Shown piece by piece: positions 22,301 to 32,856 of a stretch of 64,000 nt of DNA. Under the pieces are notes generated by a model. The model was not told the origin of the DNA, made no database searches, and saw only the letters and a list, made by a program, of their open reading frames with translations. A program made the position numbers and the translations under genes. This stretch comes from Phoronis australis. Its lineage: Eukaryota; Animalia; Phoronida. Each line of letters opens with the position of its first letter. Position 1 is the first letter of the stretch. Location: the NCBI GenBank assembly GCA_002633005.1, contig NMRA01000121.1, positions 346,434 to 410,433 on the forward strand. The letters run 5' to 3'.

Positions 22301-25300
22301 TGGTGTCAGTTGTCATTTTGAGAGAAAATGAAAATTATTTTAAATTAAAGTTCACTTGATCACTATGTTGCGCCCGAAATTCCCGAGATTTTATGTCACA
22401 CTTTAGTTGAAACCAAATTATCAGTTGCGTGCATTCTTAATTAATACCCTTTGCTATTTAGTAAACAACTCGCCCTGGGAATAACTGTTGTTGTGTGCTG
22501 GATTATTTTGTCTTGCATCTGGCTCCACTGATATTGAGTTCTAGACAAGTGTATGAGTCAGAGTAGACTGAGGTTCACCACTTGCAGTTGTTCCAGTGTG
22601 TGGTTACTCATTACACTCTAAAGGCCCTTTCCCATACGGTTAGCATCGCTACTATGGAAGCTTCCATGTTAGCAGTAGTTAACTGCGAAGTTACATAAGT
22701 TAAAATTACAGTTCTCATCAGCTTTGGAGTTATTTAGAAAACTAGTTCAGCGAAGTTATCACAAGGTGGCGACCTACAGGCATATGCCTTGCTGTTTTTG
22801 TCCTTGCCATCAAAATTGGCAAAGACCTCTTTGTTTCCCTCTCCCATATGGATAAAGACTTGCAGTGTTTTTTTACTATTCAGAGTCTGGCAAATAATGG
22901 ATAAATTGAAACAGAATGCTTATACTGACAAAAAAAAATATTAGAACTAAATATTAACAAAATATTAACAAGTCACCACTCGCTGTTGGCAAACGCATAG
23001 TAGCGAAGTATTGACTCTTTGTTGTTAAACACAGCTCTTTACTCCGGAGTTAACTCATGCTGTTAACTTCGATTCAAGACCAAAGTTAAATGTTACCGAA
23101 GTTTTGGGATCCAGTGGGAAAAGACTCTGAAGGCTTTATACGGTAGTTTGAGTAACTTTGCTGCAAGCAGTTTCAATCAAAAGAATATCTCATTTTGTTT
23201 AAAAACGTATTATATTGTGGAGCCTACTTAATAGTTAATACCCTTACGGATACCATAATAATATATTGTAGTTAATGCTGCTTATTGTCATGAAATGTCA
23301 AAAAACCTAATCATTAAATCCATATAAACTAACTCGCATGATGTTATGGTTTATTGTCATATTCCCATATATTGCAATTAAAAAGCAGCAAAATATTGAT
23401 TCTTACCTCCTCGTTACAATCAGTATAGTTTGGTAGTAGCCCTGCGTTTACACAAACTTCGTTAAAGACATGACTAGACTTTTTGTTAACGAGCTCGATA
23501 CTGGTACGTTTGTAATTTCGGAACAGACTCCTTTCTCCAGGTGTGCAGGTATGAAGTAAAATACCGAGAGACATAACAAACAACCAAATAAAAACAGCTC
23601 TACATTTCGAGACTGCATGTCTCATCATCAGGCAATAAGTGGAATGAACATGTTTATAGCAAAATGAACAGTGAAATACATGTGACAGCGGGAAGAGGGA
23701 CATACAAGTAGAGAGTGTGAATGCAACACACGACAGGAAGCTCGCAACTCTATTGAAACAGAGCCAGTGTGCGATATACACCTGTGAGCTATTCATTCAG
23801 CACAGGATTTTGGTGGCTGATCAATTGCGATTTGAAAATCTTCAGCAGGAAATATGTCATTTTCATCATAGGGAATGGTGGTATACACCTAATTCACGCG
23901 GCGGACATTAAAATCCAAAGCGAGGCTCACTGCGATAAACAAAGCGAAAGTTGACATTGCCTGAGTTAAATTGCTGGTTTTTCGAGTCCAACCTGGATAT
24001 TAAATCTTAAAAATGTGTCGACAATTAAAAACAGACTAGTGCTGAATGATTTTCTTGTCCGCTTGCAGTATACTGCTCACTCCAAACAGTTGGAGATTAG
24101 GGGTTCATGCTCTAACAAAGTTATGCAGGTGTAGCCATGCATAGTATTGCACACATTATAGAGACTGTCTATTATATAGAGTGTCTAGGAATGCGATAAA
24201 GACTTACCGTATTTATGCTTTCGTTCCAGGAATTGATTTTAGTAATTTTGTTCATCGAGAAGACATTAATGGAATGTGGAACTGATGAGTCAATGCAAAT
24301 GCTTAGTTCATATGATTGATTACATTTTAAGCAAGTACTTGTGAAGAAAAACTGTATGTTAATGGTGTTTTCTGTTGTCATTTTTTTCCAGTGTGTGGTA
24401 TTGTCGTAGCCGATTTCTTCAGTGGCTTGGTACACTGGGGTGCTGATACATGGGGATCAGTGGACATGCCCATATTAGGAAAGGTAAGAATGTATGGTCT
24501 GCAATTATATGTTTTGGAAGTTCACACCATCTCTAACACAACAGTTTACTTGCATGTTCAGCTCATTTTGTTTAAAATTGTATATCGTGCCGGAAACCTA
24601 TGCATCACTGAAAAGGTCAACCTGGTTTTAAATAATGCAGTATTTTTGTAGTATATCAAATGGTCCCACTGTTACAAAATAGTTCATATCTTCCTAAAAT
24701 GATACGATACAAAACAAGTTATTCAGATAATGAATCTTGGTTGAAGATGCTATGTCTCATTAAATCGTTGAATATTTAAATTTGTAGCAAACACCACCTA
24801 GTGACTTCCTGGAGAACTGTGTACAAGTATAATCAGGAAAACAAACAGTTTTTAAATAATTGCGGTTTTAAAAAAAACACAACTGATCCACTTAAAAACA
24901 AGTGTGAACATATAAAAAACCTAGTAATTCCAAACGTTACGCAATTGTTATTTGTTAGTGAAGTAAACAAATGTTAAAAACTGTACCTTGTTTCATTAGG
25001 GTAACGATGATATATTACCATTATACTTATTTACATAAAAATAGTCTTGCGAAATGAGACTTTCGCAAAATGGTAATGGTAACTATTTCTGGGATGGTTT
25101 CCGGCACACTGGAGGACCCAGGGTTGTTTGTAAATTAGTACTTTGCTTGCATATTCACAATTTAATGAGGCTATACATCTGTAAGGTCTATTGCTGTACG
25201 TGAACTAGGAATCCCGCTTAATCTCAAGATTAAGCGGAAGTGAGTGTTGCGTGAACTTGGAATATGCAAAGCAACTTGACAAGTTCACTCAAATAATCAC

Positions 25301-28300
25301 GTTCATGTTCATAAAAATTTGCACTGCACTAAACCAAGTTACATTTGAATAAATTAATGTCAATTTTAACCAACCTTTTCAACTACGGGCGATCAGTTTC
25401 ACCAAACAATGATCAATTTAGCCATTCACATATTCCTCCGGTTCAGCAACACAAGTTTTGGTAAGGGAGAAAATGGTTGATCGCGAGGCCAATAATTACA
25501 AAAATTCTTTTCACCGAATAAAAATTTCACCTTTTTGCCTTAAAGAATATTCAATTCCAAGTTCACGCATACGCGGTCGTCTTGAGATTAAGCAGGATTC
25601 CAAGTTCACGCACATCATATAATCAGATTGTTGTGAATGTTTGGTAACACGGTGTAGTCATTGTGTTGTGTGCTTGACAAAAATTGTATATTACTTGTTC
25701 AGTATCAATGATTCAGGAGAACTGTTCTTCACATTCCGATGGCTTCAGTATGCAGACTCTTGCTGGGCTCTTTCGGAAAGCCGTGGTATCCCCTTTTTAC
25801 TTGTACGTAATTAACATAACAGCTTTTTTCTCTACTCCGCAGGGTCTCCTTCGTCCCTTCAGGGAACACCACATCGACCCAACGTCCATCACTCGCCATG
25901 ACTTTGTAGAGACAAACGCGGACACATTTGGTGTGACCATTCCAGTAATAGCCTACAGCGCCTATAAGTTTTATACGTACACTCCAGCACAGATAGGTCA
26001 AACCTATGACTGGGAGTGCTTCATCTTTCTCCTAGCTATCTTTGTCAGCATCACCAACCAGGTTTGTATCTTTTGTTAGCAATAGTTATATTGTGCAGGG
26101 TGCTGGGTGGGTAACCCTGTGGCAATTGCATTTCGGTGCTTTCAGTACATTTACTGTATGGTAAAGCAAATAACTTCAAAATATCAATGCCAACCGCATT
26201 ACATACTTGTTTTAGGACAATCCCATTAATGAATTCTCCGAGAGAGGAAAAATCTTAAGTTGAGAAGTCACATATGGGGGGTATTTGTGGTACACTCATT
26301 AATCAATACAAGATTATATTAACTGTTAGTTTTCAAAAGAAGTTGATGAATATCATGCATAAATGTCACTGCTTTTAAGTGGCTGCAGGGGGCTGTGCTT
26401 TTGGTTTCACTTAGGGGTTGATTTCAGAAAATCACTTTCTCATTGGTAATGTCACTTTAACATTCTCCAACAATTATTCACTTTGTTTTTTCTAATTTTT
26501 ATGCGCCCACATATTTATATGTGAACACATTATGCCGTCATCTCAGTCCGTCCGTCCAGGCAGCGTCCGTCCGGCGTCCGCTGCACTATCTCCAAAACCC
26601 TTTGACATACGTTCATGAAATTTGGCACATATGTTCTATTCATGAATGGGACAGCATGAGCGAACTTTCGGACGGATCTGACTACCGATGTGCGTGCTAG
26701 TGGCAATTTTAGTTTTTTACGCTTACCTTTGTATCTTCAAAAGTCCTGAACGGATTTTCATGAAATTTGGTATGTAGGTACCTATTAGTGAGATGACGCT
26801 ATCCTCTCGTTTTCGGATGGATTTGACGTGGTTTGCGCCACCTAGTGGCCATTTTTAGTGTTTTCGAGTCTGTTTTTTGCGTCCACCCCTCTATCAACCA
26901 AACCGCCCAAAGGCTTATTGTGAAAATTGGCATATATGTGCTTACTGTTCGCAGGATCTTTACTTAATTTAGCAAGTGTACTTATGTGATGTTGACTACG
27001 GATGACGACGACTTTCAGACAGATATGACTACTGCTGTGTCACCTAGTGGCAATTTTAGTTTTTTACGTTTAACTCAGTATCTTCAAAGGTCCTCAACAG
27101 ATTTTCATAAAATTTTAAATATAGACATCTATTGGTGTGATGTTGCTATCTGCCTGTTTTTGGATGGAATAGAGGTATTTTGCACCACCTAGTGGCCACT
27201 TTTGCTGTATTCAAATGTTGTTTTGGTGTCCATCCCTGTATCAACCAAATCATTTTAAAATTGGCATGTATGTTCTCAGTGTGAAGATGACCTTTGGTGA
27301 TGGTGACTGATTACTGTGGCGCCTCCTAGTGGTAGTTTTGTTTTGCGCCCATAGTTGTATCTCTTAAACCCACTGCATGATCTTAACTAAATTTAGTAAG
27401 TGTATTTATACGAAGATAACAACAGACGACGACGACTTTCAGGCGGATCCAACGGCCACTGTGCCCACTAGTGGCAATTTCATTTTATTCTGTTTTCCTT
27501 TGTTTCTCTGAAGTTTCTTGACAGATTTTTATGAAATATGGCATGTTCCTGTTTTTGGATGGATTTTATGTTTTTGCGCCATCTAATTTCCATTTTTATG
27601 ATACAAATAAATAACCCTAAAAGCACACCATTTGCGATGCATTCGTGGGCGCATTTCAACGCTCCGCGTTGCTCTTGTTTTATCATGTTTTACTCTGGGA
27701 CCTCACCTTATTTGAGAAGTACTGTAATGAGTATCACAAATTTGACTCCTCAGTTGCTGGTATGACTGAGTTACATGATGCATTAATTTATTGTCGTTGA
27801 GTCTGTTGTTGAGATATCAAGGCTTGGAATGATCAATGACAAAAAACGCGGAAACTGTTACGGCCTAAAGCACGCGCGCTACCCAGCTTTCAAATAGTCG
27901 ATGTGAGCCTTTCGCCGACAAAAGTCGGGAGGACTAAAAAAAAAACAAAAAATAAAACGTTACCACCATCAGTAGCATGCATCTGCGTCCCTTTAGGTCG
28001 TCCGTCCACTCCCACCCACACACATTTTTGGCTGTGGAGCCGTAGTATTTGTTACCGCGGTTTCCAATCACACGAGTCGCCATTGAAAATCCCACCACGC
28101 TATCCCAGATGCCCCGGCAATGTTGACAATTTACGTTCCTCCGAAACATAAAGAGCAACTTCCGCTTTTCGAGGTGAACGTCGTCGGCAAAGCCGCGGTA
28201 GGAAAGAAATTTGCCGCGGAAATTTTATATCAAATCCGATTTTTTTACGCGGAAATATAATAAAATGCGCGGACAGAACATTTGAAAAAAGCGGAAATCC

Positions 28301-28709
28301 GCGTTTCCGCGGAAAATTCCAAGCCCTGAGACATGAGATTGCTTTGTTGGTTTTGTAAATGATTTGTATGCGCTATCACTCAACTATTTCTGTGAATTAC
28401 ACCTCTCTCTACATTGCCACACCATTTTCATAACATCTCTCATTGCAGTGTCACAAGTGGTCTCACACCTACTTCGGCCTGCCATGGTACATCACCCTGC
28501 TTCAGGACACTCACTTGATTCTACCGCGTAAACACCACCGTATCCACCATGTGGCGCCGCATGAAACTTACTATTGCATAACAACTGGTTGGCTCAACTA
28601 CCCTTTGGAGATGATTCGCTTCTGGCCAACTTTGGAATATCTTATTGAAAAATATACGGGCTCTAAGCCACGATCGGATGATATGAAATGGCTTTCCAAA
28701 AAAGACTAA
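19200..28709 (+). CDS. PEDS1: Plasmanylethanolamine desaturase (TMEM189/Kua), 5 exons, 279 aa
   Basis: Exons 19200-19347, 20530-20649, 24392-24483, 25843-26061, 28449-28709 join in frame (840 nt). Motifs [73 protein letters not shown]. Confidence 0.97.
20530..20649 (+). CDS. PEDS1: PEDS1 exon 2
   Basis: [20 protein letters not shown]...ILPAA; CAG| acceptor, |GTAAGT donor. Confidence 0.93.
22622..23128. mobile_element. Degenerate MITE-like element
   Basis: Imperfect termini (AGGCCCTTTCCCA / TGGGAAAAGACTCT) and an internal inverted pair TCGCTACTATG / CATAGTAGCGA. Confidence 0.4.
23422..23640 (-). mobile_element. Penelope-like element 5' fragment: degenerate hammerhead motif followed by ORF start
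   Basis: CTGATGA-t-GAGAC-atgca-GTCTC-GAAA-TGTA (23631-23601), then ATG 23574 [40 protein letters not shown], resembling the FNxxCxxxxLLPxY N-terminus of PLE ORFs. Confidence 0.65.
24392..24483 (+). CDS. PEDS1: PEDS1 exon 3
   Basis: [31 protein letters not shown]. Confidence 0.97.
25189..25619. mobile_element. MITE with ~35 bp TIRs and subterminal repeats
   Basis: CGTGAACTAGGAATCCCGCTTAATCTCAAGA / TCTTGAGATTAAGCAGGATTCCAAGTTCACG; inner pair GCGTGAACTTGGAAT / ATTCCAAGTTCACGC. Confidence 0.75.
25843..26061 (+). CDS. PEDS1: PEDS1 exon 4
   Basis: [27 protein letters not shown]...SITNQ. Confidence 0.97.
26496..27681 (+). mobile_element. Helentron-associated interspersed element (HINE/DINE-1-like) with internal tandem repeats
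   Basis: T-rich ends; subterminal inverted repeat ATGCGCCCAC (26501) / GTGGGCGCAT (27645); (GTCC)n microsatellite near the 5' end; 3' hairpin CAACGC-TCC-GCGTTG then CTCTTGTTTT; about six diverged 137-202 bp internal units. Confidence 0.8.
27818..28328. mobile_element. hAT-like non-autonomous element
   Basis: TIR CAAGGCTTGGAAT / ATTCCAAGCCCTG; flanks AGATAT / AGACAT; repeated subterminal CGCGGAAA motifs. Confidence 0.7.
28449..28709 (+). CDS. PEDS1: PEDS1 exon 5 (terminal coding exon)
   Basis: [12 protein letters not shown]...[26 protein letters not shown]...KKD*. Confidence 0.97.
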   Translation, partial: CHKWSHTYFGLPWYITLLQDTHLILPRKHHRIHHVAPHETYYCITTGWLNYPLEMIRFWPTLEYLIEKYTGSKPRSDDMKWLSKKD

Positions 28710-29099
28710 CCTGTGCAAAGTCAGGGCCTGAAATTCAAGCTCTAACATCCATCTTTGTTTAGATATTTTCTGTCACCTTTAGTATAAAATTCCAGATAAT
28801 GCCTTTGAGTCTGTGCTCAAATACAACAGGGTTTTCAGTATGAGTACGTAGTCTTGTTCTCAGCTTTTAAGGTACTTTAATAATATTTAAGTTGGATCGC
28901 TGTGTCTTCAGTTTGTTGATGACTCAGAAGTGTAGCCATGCTCTCATCTGTATTAATTGTCACTTACTGAGGCGTAAGTCATACCGACGAAGAATTGAAA
29001 ATATCCAAACAAAATTTCAGTTTGAGTTTGGAGATGAGATTTTGGACCTTGGTTGTTTTTTTTTTTATTTGTCTTGTTGCCTTAGGTGGATGTTAGCCA

Positions 29100-29170
29100 A
29101 GGCAGTGTCGCCTAATGCTGTGAGTGTGTTTCCTTTACTCAGGGTCGTGGATTTGAGTCCCACTGGGGCA
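29100..29170 (+). repeat. Possible tRNA-derived SINE remnant
   Basis: GGTCGTGGATTTGAGTCCCACTGGGGC resembles a tRNA T-arm/B-box; no complete cloverleaf. Confidence 0.3.
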
Positions 29171-30074
29171 CAGTGATAGGCCTACGAGTCAGGTCTCTAG
29201 CTCCTCAGCTTGGTTTTCACTATATAGTAATTATGCATAAAAATGGTTTCAGGTGATCAGTGCAATGGGCCTACTCGAGCGGCCTGTGCACCCCTGGTAC
29301 AACGTGTGCCTGACTGCCTGCAATTATTTTTTTAGGTGGAAGATTGTGGTTGGTTGGTATATATTCTGGCGTTGGTCTTCGTTTCATTTAGTATATTTGC
29401 ATAATCCTTGTGCTTATGAACTTAACCATCTGTCTGTGGTGGCGTGTCTGATTTTGTGTCATTTTGAGAAGGTGTTGTGCATGTAACGCGGTTATGTAAT
29501 CAGGACCCTGCATGATAACTTGAACTGAACTTGAACTCATCTTCAATGAAATCTTGGAAAATATTTTTCACTCACCATGTTTGTCCAATTAGGTGATTAA
29601 GCTCTTTGTTGTGGACATTGTTGGAATCTGATTTTGGTGATATTTTGAAAGCAATTTAGGAAATACTATTCATTCACAGTTAATTTGAAATTAGTTTGTA
29701 CTTTTCTAACGAGTTTGTATGTTTTACCGAAGACACTTGTAATGAGTCCATCTTGCAATAATTAACCGATATCTTTTTTCTGTTAGTTCTTAGTTGCCAG
29801 GTTACCAGATGCTCTGCATAAATTGTGAGTGTTAGTGCGAAATAAAGCGGCTATGGGAATTACTATGCGTAAGATTAGGTTTTCAAAAAATCTTGAAAAA
29901 ATACTATTTCTGAACTTCTTTTGCTCAAGTGTGGAATCAATGTCAGGAACTATTTTCGTGTACTTTTATTGTGATTTTTGTAACATTATTGAAGCTGTAT
30001 TTGGCACTATTGGGCTGGCTAAACAGGAAAATCAAGTTGGACCTTTCACTCTGTAAAATTGTTCTTGGTATATT

Positions 30075-30195
30075 CCTAACCATGATAGGGTATTCTATTC
30101 CTAACCATGATAGGGTATTCTATTCCTAACCATGATAGGGTATTCTATTCCTAGCCATGATAGGGTATTCTATTCCTAACCATGATAAGATATTC
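30075..30195. repeat. 25-bp tandem repeat, ~5 copies (about 4 more at 31876-31971)
   Basis: CCTAACCATGATAGGGTATTCTATT. Confidence 0.95.
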
Positions 30196-31796
30196 TTTCC
30201 ATTACCAACAAGAACATGACAGCCACTCTAGAAAATGCTTCCTAATGTATTGAATGTTCAATTAGATTCATTTGCTGCCACTGTCTTTTAAACTGTTTGT
30301 CATTGTAGACCAACTTGTGTGATTCATGCTCTTTGCCCATGACAATCTTATGTAGAACAAAAGTCCATAGATGTTTCCCTATGCAGCGTTCCAGGGGGCG
30401 TGTAATTTTAGTAATTTTAGAGGTGCATTGCTTTGTGATAGTAGTATTTATTTGCTTTACTGTAGAAGTATTTTGTATGAATTGACCATGAATGTCAAGA
30501 AATGAATGTTGTTAAAATGTTCACGCCTGAGCCGCTGAGCTGCAGTGCTGTTAAAATATGTGCCCCATTGTTTCTTTAGTGGTGACTGTAGCCCGCTTTA
30601 CCAAGGTGTTTTCTCATGATTTCAGATGGTCATCACTCAGTTCATCTTATGGTGTTGAAGTTACATATGATATTGCCTTTGGATGTAAATGTTTCACTTC
30701 TTAGCCAAAGTCCTACTGTCACGATTTCCGCGGTGAGGCGAATGTCTCACCTTATTGGTTTTTATTTTACCTAGGTTGCGTTCCGTGGGCCTTGAAGCTA
30801 GTGTGATCATGTGCTTGGCTTTATTTGTAATCGGTTGACCCGTTCCAGGAAACTTGACTTAAGTTCAATTTTGATTAAAGTCTAGGACTTAAAACAAATG
30901 GGAGTTTTGTCTTAAAAGGGACTTAAATTTAAGATTTGTCTTAGCTAATTCAGTTTTCTTGGAGCGGGCCCCAAGTGTACATGCGTTTTGCATTATTTTG
31001 CATATTGCGAGTTTCTTGGGTCTTTGGAACGTAGGCCTGAAAAACGCAATCTTCACAGCGTGCGGGCGAGGTGAGGTAATTAGTACTAAGCTGGTAGCCA
31101 ATGAAAAATTACCTGACTACAACAAATCTTTGCCCCGCTGGCTCATTATGTAACCGTGTGAGCCGCTACCGTGACATTTTCAGTGTTAGCTACGAATGAA
31201 GTTTACAGGTTAGTGAGCATTTCTCCTTGCTATGTACGGGTAACAATGAAGCGAGGGAAATCTCACTCGAGGCAGATACTAAAATGTCTGTGTCTCTGTT
31301 GTAACTATACTATCTTTTCTTAAGACAGCTCGGCTCGATCGTTAGCTTTTACGGGTGAAATGGCCCAACATCACGAATGGAGTACGGTTCACTCCGGTTT
31401 CGTTACGAAGTCGTCACTGCCGGCTGATCCCAATTTCCTTTACCGTAGCTATAAATCGTGACAGTGTGACTTTGACTTACGAACTATCTCTGTCTCAACT
31501 TGAGCTTGTCAATAAATTTTAAAATGCGGCTTTGAGTGTTTTTGACGTGTGAAGCCACGACGGAAGAATAGCCTGATGGTCTTGAAAAAAAATATTTTTT
31601 CTGTACTGCATGTATTGTTGCTGTGCTCATCCCATCGGCGCTTTTTACTATAAACGTTTCTTCCTTTGCGAATGATGTGCGTGTGGCGAAGAAAAGACAC
31701 AAGTCGTTGAACTGGGAGTGTACTGCTTAGATTCACTGTGAAAAATATCGTTCAGTCAAGCGATTTGATCTTGTAGGCCATGTGCTTAAATTATGG

Positions 31797-31874
31797 CAGT
31801 GGCGGATCTACAGGGGGGTTCAGGGGGATTAAACCCCCCCCTCGGGCCAGGACCCAAAAATTAAAAAAAAAAAA
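31797..31874 (+). mobile_element. Start of a CAGTGGCGGATCT-type (hAT-like) MITE cut off by the assembly gap
   Basis: Follows AAATTATGG in copy 1; the same site in copy 2 (33664-33672) continues TCACGTG with no insert. Confidence 0.6.
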
Positions 31875-32613
31875 NCCTAACCATGATAGGGTATTCTATT
31901 CCTAACCATGATAGGGTATCCTATACCTAACCATTATAGGGTATTCTATTCCTAACCATAATAAGATATTCTTTCCATTACCAACAAGAACATGACAGCC
32001 ACTCTAGAAAATGCTTCCTAATGTATTGAATGTTCAATTAGATTCATTTGCTGCCATTGTCTTTTACACTGTTTGTCATTGTAGACCAACTTGTGTGATT
32101 CATGCTCTTTGTCCATGACAATCTTATGTAGAACAAAAGTCCATAGATGTTACCCTATGCAGCGTTCCAGGGGACGTGTAATTTTAGTAATTTTAGAGGT
32201 GCATTGCTTTGTGAGAGTAGTATTTATTTGCTTCACTGTAGAAGTATTTTGTATGAATTGACCATGAATGTCAAGAAATGAATGTTGTTAAAATGTTCAC
32301 GCCTGAGCCGCTGAGCTGCAGTACTGTTAAAATGTGTGCCCCATTGTTTCTTCAGTGGTGACTGTAGCCCGCTTTACCAAGGTGTTTACTCATGATTTCA
32401 AATGGTCATCACTCAGTTCATCTTATGGTGTTGAAGTACGTCACATACATTGCCCTTGGATGTAAATGTTTCACTTCTTAGCCAAAGTCCTACTGTCACG
32501 ATTTCCGCGGTGAGACGAATGTCTCACCTTGTTGGTTTTTATTTTACCTAGGCTGCGTTCCGTTGGCCTTGAAGCTAGTGAGATCACGTGCTTGGCTTCA
32601 TTTGTAATCGGTT

Positions 32614-32856
32614 GACCGTTCCAAGAAACTTGACTTAAGTTCAATTTTGACTAATGTCTAGGATTTGTCTTAACTTCTAAACTTTGAAACTTTCATATCC
32701 GGTAAATTAGACGAAACCTTATCATGAACAAACTTGACTGACGTCAAACTTAAGACCATTTTCGTTGAAGGGACTTAAAACAAATCGGAGTTTTATGTTA
32801 AAACGGACTTAAATTTAAGATTTGTCTTAGCTAAAACAGTTTTCTTGGAACAGGCC
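32614..32856. mobile_element. PIF/Harbinger-like MITE (internally shorter allele at 30837-30970)
   Basis: TIR GACCGTTCCAAGAAACT / AGTTTTCTTGGAACAGGCC. Confidence 0.55.
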
